Source of the DNA: Utricularia gibba
Taxonomy: Eukaryota; Plantae; Magnoliophyta
Direction of reading: 5' to 3'
DNA: 64,000 nucleotides
NCBI GenBank assembly: GCA_002189035.1
Contig: NEEC01000136.1
Span: 25,330 to 89,329, forward strand
The translations under genes and the position numbers were made by a program. Under the pieces are notes generated by a model. The model worked only from the letters and a program-made list of their open reading frames with translations, was not told the DNA's origin and did not search any database. Shown here piece by piece: positions 52,801 through 64,000 of this stretch. Position 1 is the stretch's first letter. Every line of letters begins with the position of its first letter.

Positions 52801-55800
52801 TTGAAGTTAGGATCTCATGACCACCCCAAATGCTTTTTTCAACAGCATGCTATACACTTGAGAAGGCGCTTTTGTGGGTCACCGAGATCGGGCCGGAATT
52901 CGGGTCGAGCTCGGGCCCAAAGTCAGCTGTAGCCCGACAAAAGAAGTGATGCATTTATTAACGTTGGGTTGTCGGCGGCTGCCCACATGGTTTTTCAAGC
53001 AACAGCTTGCCGTTTTAAGGCGGGTGCTGTCGTTGGCAGCTTTGTAAGGGCCCAAGGTTTGGTCTGGCTCCTGAGCCCAATCGGGTCCTACTCGATGAAA
53101 ATCGTGATGCATTTAATGAAGTTAGGATGTCATGAGCGCCCCAAATGGTTTTCTCAACAACCTGATTTATATTTGACGAGGTGCTCTAGGCTGGCACTAG
53201 TATCGAGCAAATGGTCGAGTCGCGCTCTGGCCCATAGTCATTTGTAGCCCGGCCAAAAAAGTGATGCATTTATTAACGTTGGGTTTTCGGCGGCTGCCTA
53301 CATGCTTTTTCAAGGAAAAGTTGTCGTTTTTTGGCGGGTGCTGTTGTTGGGAACTTCGTCCGGACCCAAGGTTCGGTCTGACTTCACAGCACAATAAGGT
53401 CCCATTCGACGAAAATCGTGATACCTTTATTGAAGTTAGGATCTCATGACCACCCCAAATGCTTTTTTCAACAGCATGCTTAACTTGAGAAGGCGCTTTT
53501 GTGGGTCACCGAGATCGGGCCGGAATTCGGGTCGAGCTCGGGCCCAAAGTCAGCTGTAGCCCGAAAAAGAAGTGATGCATTTATTAACGTTGGGTTGTCG
53601 GCGGCTGCCCACATGGTTTTTCAAGCAACAGCTTGCCGTTTTAAGGCGGGTGCTGTCGTTGGCAGCTTTGTAAGGGCCCAAGGTTTGGTCTGGCTCCTGA
53701 GCCCAATCGGGTCCTACTCGATGAAAATCGATGCATTTAATGAAGTTAGGATGTCATGAGCGCCCCAAATGGTTTTCTCAACAACCTGATTTATATTTGA
53801 CGAGGTGCTCTAGGCTGGCACTAGTATCGAGCAAATGGTCGAGTCGCGCTCTGGCCCATAGTCATTTGTAGCCCGGCCAAAAAAGTGATGCATTTATTAA
53901 CGTTGGGTTTTCGGCGGCTGCCTACATGCTTTTTCAAGGAAAAGTTGTCGTTTTTTGGCGGGTGCTGTTGTTGGGAACTTCGTCCGGACCCAAGGTTCGG
54001 TCTGACTTCACAGCACAATAAGGTCCCATTCGACGAAAATCGTGATACCTTTATTGAAGTTAGGATCTCATGACCACCCCAAATGCTTTTTTCAACAGCA
54101 TGCTATACACTTGAGAAGGCGCTTTTGTGGGTCACCGAGATCGGGCCGGAATTCGGGTCGAGCTCGGGCCCAAAGTCAGCTGTAGCCCGACAAAAGAAGT
54201 GATGCATTTATTAACGTTGGGTTGTCGGCGGCTGCCCACATGGTTTTTCAAGCAACAGCTTGCCGTTTTAAGGCGGGTGCTGTCGTTGGCAGCTTTGTAA
54301 GGGCCCAAGGTTTGGTCTGGCTCCTGAGCCCAATCGGGTCCTACTCGATGAAAATCGTGATGCATTTAATGAAGTTAGGATGTCATGAGCGCCCCAAATG
54401 GTTTTCTCAACAACCTGATTTTATTTGACGAGGTGCTCTAAGCTGGCACTAGTATCGAGCAAATGGTCGAGTCGCGCTCTGGCCCATAGTCATTTTAGCC
54501 CGGCCAAAAAAGTGATGCATTTATTAACGTTGGGTTTTCGGCGGCTGCCTACATGCTTTTTCAAGGAAAAGTTGTCGTTTTTTGGCGGGTGCTGTTGTTG
54601 GGAACTTCGTCGGACCCAAGGTTCGGTCTGACTTCACAGCACAATAAGGTCCCATTCGACGAAAATCGTGATACCTTTATTGAAGTTAGGATCTCATGAC
54701 CCCCAAATGCTTTTTTCAACAGCATGCTATACACTTGAGAAGGCGCTTTTGTGGGTCACCGAGATCGGCCGGAATTCGGGTCGAGCTCGGGCCCAAAGTC
54801 AGCTGTAGCCCGACAAAAGAAGTGATGCATTTATTAACGTTGGGTTGTCGGCGGCTGCCCACATGGTTTTTCAAGCAACAGCTTGCCGTTTTAAGGCGGG
54901 TGCTGTCGTTGGCAGCTTTGTAAGGGCCCAAGGTTTGGTCTGGCTCCTGAGCCCAATCGGGTCCTACTCGATGAAAATCGTGATGCATTTAATGAAGTTA
55001 GGATGTCATGAGCGCCCCAAATGGTTTTCTCAACAACCTGATTTTATTTGACGAGGTGCTCTAGGCTGGCACTAGTATCGAGCAAATGGTCGAGTCGCGC
55101 TCTGGCCCATAGTCATTTGTAGCCCGGCCAAAAAAGTGATGCATTTATTAACGTTGGGTTTTCGGCGGCTGCCTACATGCTTTTTCAAGGAAAAGTTGTC
55201 GTTTTTTGGCGGGTGCTGTTGTTGGGAACTTCGTCCGGACCCAAGGTTCGGTCTGACTTCACAGCACAATAAGGTCCCATTCGACGAAAATCGTGATACC
55301 TTTATTGAAGTTAGGATCTCATGACCACCCAAATGCTTTTTTCAACAGCATGCTATAACTTGAGAAGGCGCTTTTGTGGGTCACCGAGATCGGGCCGGAA
55401 TTCGGGTCGAGCTCGGGCCCAAAGTCAGCTGTAGCCCGACAAAAGAAGTGATGCATTTATTAACGTTGGGTTGTCGGCGGCTGCCCACATGGTTTTTCAA
55501 GCAACAGCTTGCCGTTTTAAGGCGGGTGCTGTCGTTGGCAGCTTTGTAAGGGCCCAAGGTTTGGTCTGGCTCCTGAGCCCAATCGGGTCCTACTCGATGA
55601 AAATCGTGATGCATTTAATGAAGTTAGGATGTCATGAGCGCCCCAAATGGTTTTCTCAACAACCTGATTTTATTGACGAGGTGCTCTAGCTGGCACTAGT
55701 ATCGAGCAAATGGTCGAGTCGCGCTCTGGCCCATAGTCATTTAGCCCGGCCAAAAAAGTGATGCATTTATTAACGTTGGGTTTTCGGCGGCTGCCTACAT

Positions 55801-58800
55801 GCTTTTTCAAGGAAAAGTTGTCGTTTTTTGGCGGGTGCTGTTGTTGGGAACTTCGTCGGACCCAAGGTTCGTCTGACTTCACAGCACAATAAGGTCCCAT
55901 TCGACGAAAATCGTGATACCTTTATTGAAGTTAGGATCTCATGACCACCCAAATGCTTTTTTCAACAGCATGCTATACACTTGAGAAGGCGCTTTTGTGG
56001 GTCACCGAGATCGGGCCGGAATTCGGGTCGAGCTCGGGCCCAAAGTCAGCTGTAGCCCGACAAAAGAAGTGATGCATTTATTAACGTTGGGTTGTCGGCG
56101 GCTGCCCACATGGTTTTTCAAGCAACAGCTTGCCGTTTTAAGGCGGGTGCTGTCGTTGGCAGCTTTGTAAGGGCCCAAGGTTTGGTCTGGCTCCTGAGCC
56201 CAATCGGGTCCTACTCGATGAAAATCGTGATGCATTTAATGAAGTTAGGATGTCATGAGCGCCCCAAATGGTTTTCTCAACAACCTGATTTATATTTGAC
56301 GAGGTGCTCTAGCTGGCACTAGTATCGAGCAAATGGTCGAGTCGCGCTCTGGCCCATAGTCATTTGTAGCCCGGCCAAAAAAGTGATGCATTTATTAACG
56401 TTGGGTTTTCGGGCTGCCTACATGCTTTTTCAAGGAAAAGTTGTCGTTTTTGGCGGGTGCTGTTGTTGGGAACTTCGTCCGGACCCAAGGTTCGTCTGAC
56501 TTCACAGCACAATAAGGTCCCATTCGACGAAAATCGTGATACCTTTATTGAAGTTAGGATCTCATGACCACCCCAAATGCTTTTTTCAACAGCATGCTAT
56601 ACACTTGAGAAGGCGCTTTTGTGGGTCACCGAGATCGGGCCGGAATTCGGGTCGGCTCGGGCCCAAAGTCAGCTGTAGCCCGACAAAAGAAGTGATGCAT
56701 TTATTAACGTTGGGTTGTCGGCGGCTGCCCACATGGTTTTTCAAGCAACAGCTTGCCGTTTTAAGGCGGGTGCTGTCGTTGGCAGCTTTGTAAGGGCCCA
56801 AGGTTTGGTCTGGCTCCTGAGCCCAATCGGGTCCTACTCGATGAAAATCGTGATGCATTTAATGAAGTTAGGATGTCATGAGCGCCCCAAATGGTTTTCT
56901 CAACAACCTGATTTATATTTGACGAGGTGCTCTAGGCTGGCACTAGTATCGAGCAAATGGTCGAGTCGCGCTCTGGCCCATAGTCATTTGTAGCCCGGCC
57001 AAAAAAGTGATGCATTTATTAACGTTGGGTTTTCGGCGGCTGCCTACATGCTTTTTCAAGGAAAAGTTGTCGTTTTTTGGCGGTGCTGTTGTTGGGAACG
57101 TCCGGACCCAAGGTTCGGTCTGACTTCACAGCACAATAAGGTCCCATTCGACGAAAATCGTGATACCTTTATTGAAGTTAGGATCTCATGACCACCCCAA
57201 ATGCTTTTTTCAACAGCATGCTTTAAACTTGAGAAGGCGCTTTTGTGGGTCACCGATCGGGCCGGAATTCGGGTCGGGCTCGGGAAAAGTCAGCTGTAGC
57301 CCGTCAAAAGAAGTGATGCATTTATTAACGTTGGGTTGTCGGCGGCTGCCCACATGGTTTTTCAAGCAACAGCTTGCCGTTTTAAGGCGGGTGCTGTCGT
57401 TGGCAGCTTTGTAAGGGCCCAAGGTTCGGTCTGAGCCCAATCGGGTCCTACTCGATGAAAATCGTGATGCATTTAGGATGAAGTTAGGATGTCATGAGCG
57501 CCCCAAATGGTTTTCTCAACAACCTGATTTATATTTGACGAGGTGCTCTAGGCTGGCACTAGTATCGAGCAAATGGTCGAGTCGCGCTCTGGCCCATAGT
57601 CATTTGTAGCCCGGCCAAAAAAGTGATGCATTTATTAACGTTGGGTTTTCGGCGGCTGCCTACATGCTTTTTCAAGGAAAAGTTGTCGTTTTTTGGCGGG
57701 TGCTGTTGTTGGGAACTTCGTCCGGACCCAAGGTTCGGTCTGACTTCACAGCACAATAAGGTCCCATTCGACGAAAATCGTGATACCTTTATTGAAGTTA
57801 GGATCTCATGACCACCCCAAATGCTTTTTTCAACAGCATGCTATACACTTGAGAAGGCGCTTTTGTGGGTCACCGAGATCGGGCCGGAATTCGGGTCGGC
57901 TCGGGCCCAAAGTCAGCTGTAGCCCGACAAAAGAAGTGATGCATTTATTAACGTTGGGTTGTCGGCGGCTGCCCACATGGTTTTTCAAGCAACAGCTTGC
58001 CGTTTTAAGGCGGGTGCTGTCGTTGGCAGCTTTGTAAGGGCCCAAGGTTTGGTCTGGCTCCTGAGCCCAATCGGGTCCTACTCGATGAAAATCGTGATGC
58101 ATTTAATGAAGTTAGGATGTCATGAGCGCCCCAAATGGTTTTCTCAACAACCTGATTTATATTTGACGAGGTGCTCTAGGCTGGCACTAGTATCGAGCAA
58201 ATGGTCGAGTCGCGCTCTGGCCCATAGTCATTTGTAGCCCGGCCAAAAAAGTGATGCATTTATTAACGTTGGGTTTTCGGCGGCTGCCTACATGCTTTTT
58301 CAAGGAAAAGTTGTCGTTTTTTGGCGGTGCTGTTGTTGGGAACTTCGTCCGGACCCAAGGTTCGGTCTGACTTCACAGCACAATAAGGTCCCATTCGACG
58401 AAAATCGTGATACCTTTATTGAAGTTAGGATCTCATGACCACCCCAAATGCTTTTTTCAACAGCATGCTATACACTTGAGAAGGCGCTTTTGTGGGTCAC
58501 CGAGATCGGGCCGGAATTCGGGTCGGCTCGGGCCCAAAGTCAGCTGTAGCCCGACAAAAGAAGTGATGCATTTATTAACGTTGGGTTGTCGGCGGCTGCC
58601 CACATGGTTTTTCAAGCAACAGCTTGCCGTTTTAAGGCGGGTGCTGTCGTTGGCAGCTTTGTAAGGGCCCAAGGTTTGGTCTGGCTCCTGAGCCCAATCG
58701 GGTCCTACTCGATGAAAATCGTGATGCATTTAATGAAGTTAGGATGTCATGAGCGCCCCAAATGGTTTTCTCAACAACCTGATTTATATTTGACGAGGTG

Positions 58801-61800
58801 CTCTAGGCTGGCACTAGTATCGAGCAAATGGTCGAGTCGCGCTCTGGCCCATAGTCATTTGTAGCCCGGCCAAAAAAGTGATGCATTTATTAACGTTGGG
58901 TTTTCGGCGGCTGCCTACATGCTTTTTCAAGGAAAAGTTGTCGTTTTTTGGCGGGTGCTGTTGTTGGGAACTTCGTCCGGACCCAAGGTTCGGTCTGACT
59001 TCACAGCACAATAAGGTCCCATTCGACGAAAATCGTGATACCTTTATTGAAGTTAGGATCTCATGACCACCCCAAATGCTTTTTTCAACAGCATGCTATA
59101 CACTTGAGAAGGCGCTTTTGTGGTCACCGAGATCGGGCCGGAATTCGGGTCGAGCTCGGGCCCAAAGTCAGCTGTAGCCCGACAAAAGAAGTGATGCATT
59201 TATTAACGTTGGGTTGTCGGCGGCTGCCCACATGGTTTTTCAAGCAACAGCTTGCCGTTTTAAGGCGGGTGCTGTCGTTGGCAGCTTTGTAAGGGCCCAA
59301 GGTTTGGTCTGGCTCCTGAGCCCAATCGGGTCCTACTCGATGAAAATCGTGATGCATTTAATGAAGTTAGGATGTCATGAGCGCCCCAAATGGTTTTCTC
59401 AACAACCTGATTTATATTTGACGAGGTGCTCTAGGCTGGCACTAGTATCGAGCAAATGGTCGAGTCGCGCTCTGGCCCATAGTCATTTGTAGCCCGGCCA
59501 AAAAAGTGATGCATTTATTAACGTTGGGTTTTCGGCGGCTGCCTACATGCTTTTTCAAGGAAAAGTTGTCGTTTTTTGGCGGGTGCTGTTGTTGGGAACT
59601 TCGTCCGGACCCAAGGTTCGGTCTGACTTCACAGCACAATAAGGTCCCATTCGACGAAAATCGTGATACCTTTATTGAAGTTAGGATCTCATGACCACCC
59701 CAAATGCTTTTTTCAACAGCATGCTATACACTTGAGAAGGCGCTTTTGTGGGTCACCGAGATCGGGCCGGAATTCGGGTCGGCTCGGGCCAAAGTCAGCT
59801 GTAGCCCGACAAAAGAAGTGATGCATTTATTAACGTTGGTTGTCGGCGGCTGCCCACATGGTTTTTCAAGCAACAGCTTGCCGTTTTAAGGCGGGTGCTG
59901 TCGTTGGCAGCTTTGTAAGGGCCCAAGGTTTGGTCTGGCTCCTGAGCCCAATCGGGTCCTACTCGATGAAAATCGTGATGCATTTAATGAAGTTAGGATG
60001 TCATGAGCGCCCCAAATGGTTTTCTCAACAACCTGATTTATATTTGACGAGGTGCTCTAGGCTGGCACTAGTATCGAGCAAATGGTCGAGTCGCGCTCTG
60101 GCCCATAGTCATTTTAGCCCGGCCAAAAAAGTGATGCATTTATTAACGTTGGGTTTTCGGCGGCTGCCTACATGCTTTTTCAAGGAAAAGTTGTCGTTTT
60201 TTGGCGGGTGCTGTTGTTGGGAACTTCGTCCGGACCCAAGGTTCGGTCTGACTTCACAGCACAATAAGGTCCCATTCGACGAAAATCGTGATACCTTTAT
60301 TGAAGTTAGGATCTCATGACCACCCCAAATGCTTTTTTCAACAGCATGCTATACACTTGAGAAGGCGCTTTTGTGGGTCACCGAGATCGGGCCGGAATTC
60401 GGGTCGGCTCGGGCCAAAGTCAGCTGTAGCCCGTAAAAGAAGTGATGCATTTATTAACGTTGGGTTGTCGGCGGCTGCCCACATGGTTTTTCAAGCAACA
60501 GCTTGCCGTTTTAAGGCGGGTGCTGTCGTTGGCAGCTTTGTAAGGGCCCAAGGTTTGGTCTGGCTCCTGAGCCCAATCGGGTCCTACTCGATGAAAATCG
60601 TGATGCATTTAATGAAGTTAGGATGTCATGAGCGCCCCAAATGGTTTTCTCAACAACCTGATTTATATTTGACGAGGTGCTCTAGGCTGGCACTAGTATC
60701 GAGCAAATGGTCGAGTCGCGCTCTGGCCCATAGTCATTTGTAGCCCGGCCAAAAAAGTGATGCATTTATTAACGTTGGGTTTTCGGCGGCTGCCTACATG
60801 CTTTTTCAAGGAAAAGTTGTCGTTTTTTGGCGGGTGCTGTTGTTGGGAACTTCGTCCGGACCCAAGGTTCGGTCTGACTTCACAGCACAATAAGGTCCCA
60901 TTCGACGAAAATCGTGATACCTTTATTGAAGTTAGGATCTCATGACCACCCCAAATGCTTTTTCAACAGCATGCTATACACTTGAGAAGGCGCTTTTGTG
61001 GGTCACCGAGATCGGGCCGGAATTCGGGTCGGCTCGGGCCCAAAGTCAGCTGTAGCCCAAAAGAAGTGATGCATTTATTAACGTTGGGTTGTCGGCGGCT
61101 GCCCACATGGTTTTTCAAGCAACAGCTTGCCGTTTTAAGGCGGGTGCTGTCGTTGGCAGCTTTGTAAGGGCCCAAGGTTTGGTCTGGCTCCTGAGCCCAA
61201 TCGGGTCCTACTCGATGAAAATCGTGATGCATTTAATGAAGTTAGGATGTCATGAGCGCCCCAAATGGTTTTCTCAACAACCTGATTTATATTTGACGAG
61301 GTGCTCTAGGCTGGCACTAGTATCGAGCAAATGGTCGAGTCGCGCTCTGGCCCATAGTCATTTGTAGCCCGGCCAAAAAAGTGATGCATTTATTAACGTT
61401 GGGTTTTCGGCGGCTGCCTACATGCTTTTTCAAGGAAAAGTTGTCGTTTTTTGGCGGGTGCTGTTGTTGGGAACTTCGTCCGGACCCAAGGTTCGGTCTG
61501 ACTTCACAGCACAATAAGGTCCCATTCGACGAAAATCGTGATACCTTTATTGAAGTTAGGATCTCATGACCACCCCAAATGCTTTTTTCAACAGCATGCT
61601 TTAAACTTGAGAAGGCGCTTTTGTGGGTCACCGAGATCGGGCCGGAATTCGGGTCGAGCTTGGGGACAAAGTCAGCTGTAGCCCGTCAAAAGAAGTGATG
61701 CATTTATTAACGTTGGTTGTCGGCGGCTGCCCACATGGTTTTTCAAGCAACAGCTTGCCGTTTTAAGGCGGGTGCTGTCGTTGGCAGCTTTGTAAGGCCC

Positions 61801-64000
61801 AAGGTTCGGTCTGGCTCCTGAGCCCAATCGGTCCTACTCGATGAAAATCGTGATGCATTTGCCATTTTGGAGAACCGATAGTCAGTTGTAGCCCGCATTT
61901 GTTAAATGGTTTTTTGCCGTTTTAAAGCTTTGTAAGGGCCCAAGGTTTGGTCTGGCTCCTGAGCCAATCGGGTCCTACTCGATGAAAATCGTGATGCATT
62001 TAATGAAGTTAGGATGTCATGAGCGCCCCAAATGGTTTTCTCAACAACCTGATTTTATTGACGAGGTGCTGCTGGCACTAGTATCGAGCAAATGGTCGAG
62101 TCGCGCTCTGGCCCATAGTCATTTGTAGCCCGGCCAAAAAAGTGATGCATTTATTAACGTTGGGTTTTCGGCGGCTGCCTACATGCTTTTTCAAGGAAAA
62201 GTTGTCGTTTTTTGGCGGGTGCTGTTGTTGGGAACTTCGTCCGGACCCAAGGTTCGGTCTGACTTCACAGCACAATAAGGTCCCATTCGACGAAAATCGT
62301 GATACCTTTATTGAAGTTAGGATCTCATGACCACCCCAAATGCTTTTTTCAACAGCATGCTATACACTTGAGAAGGCGCTTTTGTGGGTCACCGAGATCG
62401 GGCCGGAATTCGGGTCGAGCTCGGGCCCAAAGTCAGCTGTAGCCCGACAAAAGAAGTGATGCATTTATTAACGTTGGGTTGTCGGCGGCTGCCCACATGG
62501 TTTTTCAAGCAACAGCTTGCCGTTTTAAGGCGGGTGCTGTCGTTGGCAGCTTTGTAAGGGCCCAAAGCCAATCGGGTCCCGAAAAATCGTGATGCATTTG
62601 GTTAGGATGTCATGAGCCCCAATGGTTTTGAGAAGGACTCAATAGTCAGGTAGCCCGGGTGATGCATTTATTAACGTTGGGTTTTCGGCGGCTGCCTAAA
62701 TGGTTTTCAAGCAACAGCTTGCCGTTTTAAGGCGGTGCTGTCGTTGGCAGCTTTGTAAGGGCCAAGGTTTGGTCTGGCTCCTGAGCCCAATCGGTCCTAC
62801 TCGATGAAAATCGTGATGCATTTAATGAAGTTAGGATGTCATGAGCGCCCCAAATGGTTTTCTCAACAACCTGATTTATATTTGACGAGGTGCTCTAGGC
62901 TGGCACTAGTATCGAGCAAATGGTCGAGTCGCGCTCTGGCCCATAGTCATTTGTAGCCCGGCCAAAAAAGTGATGCATTTATTAACGTTGGGTTTTCGGC
63001 GGCTGCCTACATGCTTTTTCAAGGAAAAGTTGTCGTTTTTTGGCGGGTGCTGTTGTTGGGAACTTCGTCCGGACCCAAGGTTCGGTCTGACTTCACAGCA
63101 CAATAAGGTCCCATTCGACGAAAATCGTGATACCTTTATTGAAGTTAGGATCTCATGACCACCCCAAATGCTTTTTTCAACAGCATGCTTTAAACTTGAG
63201 AAGGCGCTTTTGTGGGTCACCGAGATCGGGCCGGAATTCGGGTCGAGCTCGGGCCCAAAGTCAGCTGTAGCCCGACAAAAGAAGTGATGCATTTATTAAC
63301 GTTGGGTTGTCGGCGGCTGCCCACATGGTTTTTCAAGCAACAGCTTGCCGTTTTAAGGCGGGTGCTGTCGTTGGCAGCTTTGTAAGGGCCCAAGGTTTGG
63401 TCTGGCTCCTGAGCCCAATCGGGTCCTACTCGATGAAAATCGTGATGCATTTAATGAAGTTAGGATGTCATGAGCGCCCCAAATGGTTTTCTCAACAACC
63501 TGATTTTATTCGACGAGGTGCTTTAGGCTGGCTCTAGTATCGAGCAAATGGTCGAGTCGCGCTCTGGCCCATAGTCATTGTAGCCCGGCCAAAAAAGTGA
63601 TGCATTTATTAACGTTGGGTTTTCGGCGGCTGCCTACATGCTTTTTCAAGGAAAAGTTGTCGTTTTTTGGCGGGTGCTGTTGTTGGGAACTTCGTCCGGA
63701 CCCAAGGTTCGGTCTGACTTCACAGCACAATAAGGTCCCATTCGACGAAAATCGTGATACCTTTATTGAAGTTAGGATCTCATGACCACCCAAATGCTTT
63801 TTTCAACAGCATGCTATACACTTGAGAAGGCGCTTTTGTGGGTCACCGAGATCGGGCCGGAATTCGGGTCGAGCTCGGGCCCAAAGTCAGCTGTAGCCCG
63901 ACAAAAGAAGTGATGCATTTATTAACGTTGGGTTGTCGGCGGCTGCCCACATGGTTTTTCAAGCAACAGCTTGCCGTTTTAAGGCGGGTGCTGTCGTTGG

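Larger units (their letters stand above)
1..64000 (+). repeat. Tandem satellite DNA array, ~157-bp monomer / ~314-bp A+B dimer, head-to-tail, runs off both window ends
   Basis: The motif GTGAT(GCA/ACC)TTT recurs every ~157 bp across the window. GTGATGCATTTAT(T/C)AACGTTGGG-type heads recur every 312-315 bp (ATG at 294, 608, 921, 1236, 1550, 1864). The same short ORF translations recur hundreds of times in the same orientation, and I found no unique sequence. Confidence 0.99.
23533..64000 (+). repeat. Domain 3: 4-monomer (2-dimer) higher-order repeat, 629 bp, roughly 60 copies; order A1-B1-A2-B2a
   Basis: A2 heads at 46359, 46989, 47615, 48244, 48872 and 49501 are 626-630 bp apart. B3 and A3 are absent except in scattered eroded inserts. 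Confidence 0.97.

Noticed and set aside
2-63793. Hundreds of 60-196 aa ORFs on both strands (e.g. MSAAAHMVFQATACRF..., MHHDFHRVGPDW..., MMHLLTLGFRR...)
   Set aside because: They are repeated reading frames of the satellite, overlap in several frames, often use non-ATG starts and show no recognisable domain. The longer ones arise only where 1-bp indels fuse frames.
1-64000. CRISPR array
   Set aside because: There is no short repeat with unique spacers, since the whole 157-bp unit repeats, and there are no cas genes.
1-64000. 5S rDNA, tRNA or snRNA tandem array suggested by the ~314-bp period
   Set aside because: I could not recognise a 5S coding sequence, tRNA cloverleaf or Pol III A/B/C boxes. 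The unit is itself a dimer of two homologous halves.
1-64000. Assignment to a named satellite (alpha satellite, CentO, CentC, CEN180) or to a species
   Set aside because: Only the monomer length is comparable. I do not recognise the sequence and cannot run a search.
1-64000. Tandem-repeat protein gene or bacterial repeat locus
   Set aside because: The monomer lengths (157 and 158 bp) and the 629-bp HOR are not multiples of three, and stop codons occur in all frames in every unit.

Overview
All 64 kb is one uninterrupted, single-orientation tandem satellite array, probably eukaryotic (peri)centromeric or heterochromatic. I see no credible genes, RNA genes, transposons or CRISPR array. The base monomer is ~157 bp and comes in two homologous classes (A and B) that alternate to form a ~314-bp dimer. 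My labels for the monomer subtypes are A1, A2, A3 and B1, B2, B3. They build three adjacent higher-order repeat (HOR) domains: a 10-monomer ~1,570-bp HOR (1 to ~11.1 kb, ~7 copies), a 6-monomer ~937-943-bp HOR (~11.5-23.5 kb, ~12 copies) and a 4-monomer 629-bp HOR (~23.5-64 kb, ~60 copies). The 10-mer is the 4-mer module plus the 6-mer module in strict alternation (629 + 943 = ~1,570), and it carries its own private SNPs. Chimeric monomers mark both domain boundaries. Eroded 'ghost' 6-mer units and 1-bp deletions at polymorphic columns suggest the sequence is partly a collapsed long-read consensus, so fine-scale variants need checking against raw reads. All listed ORFs are repeated reading frames of the satellite. 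Counts were made by hand, no database search was run, and I cannot name the organism or satellite family.
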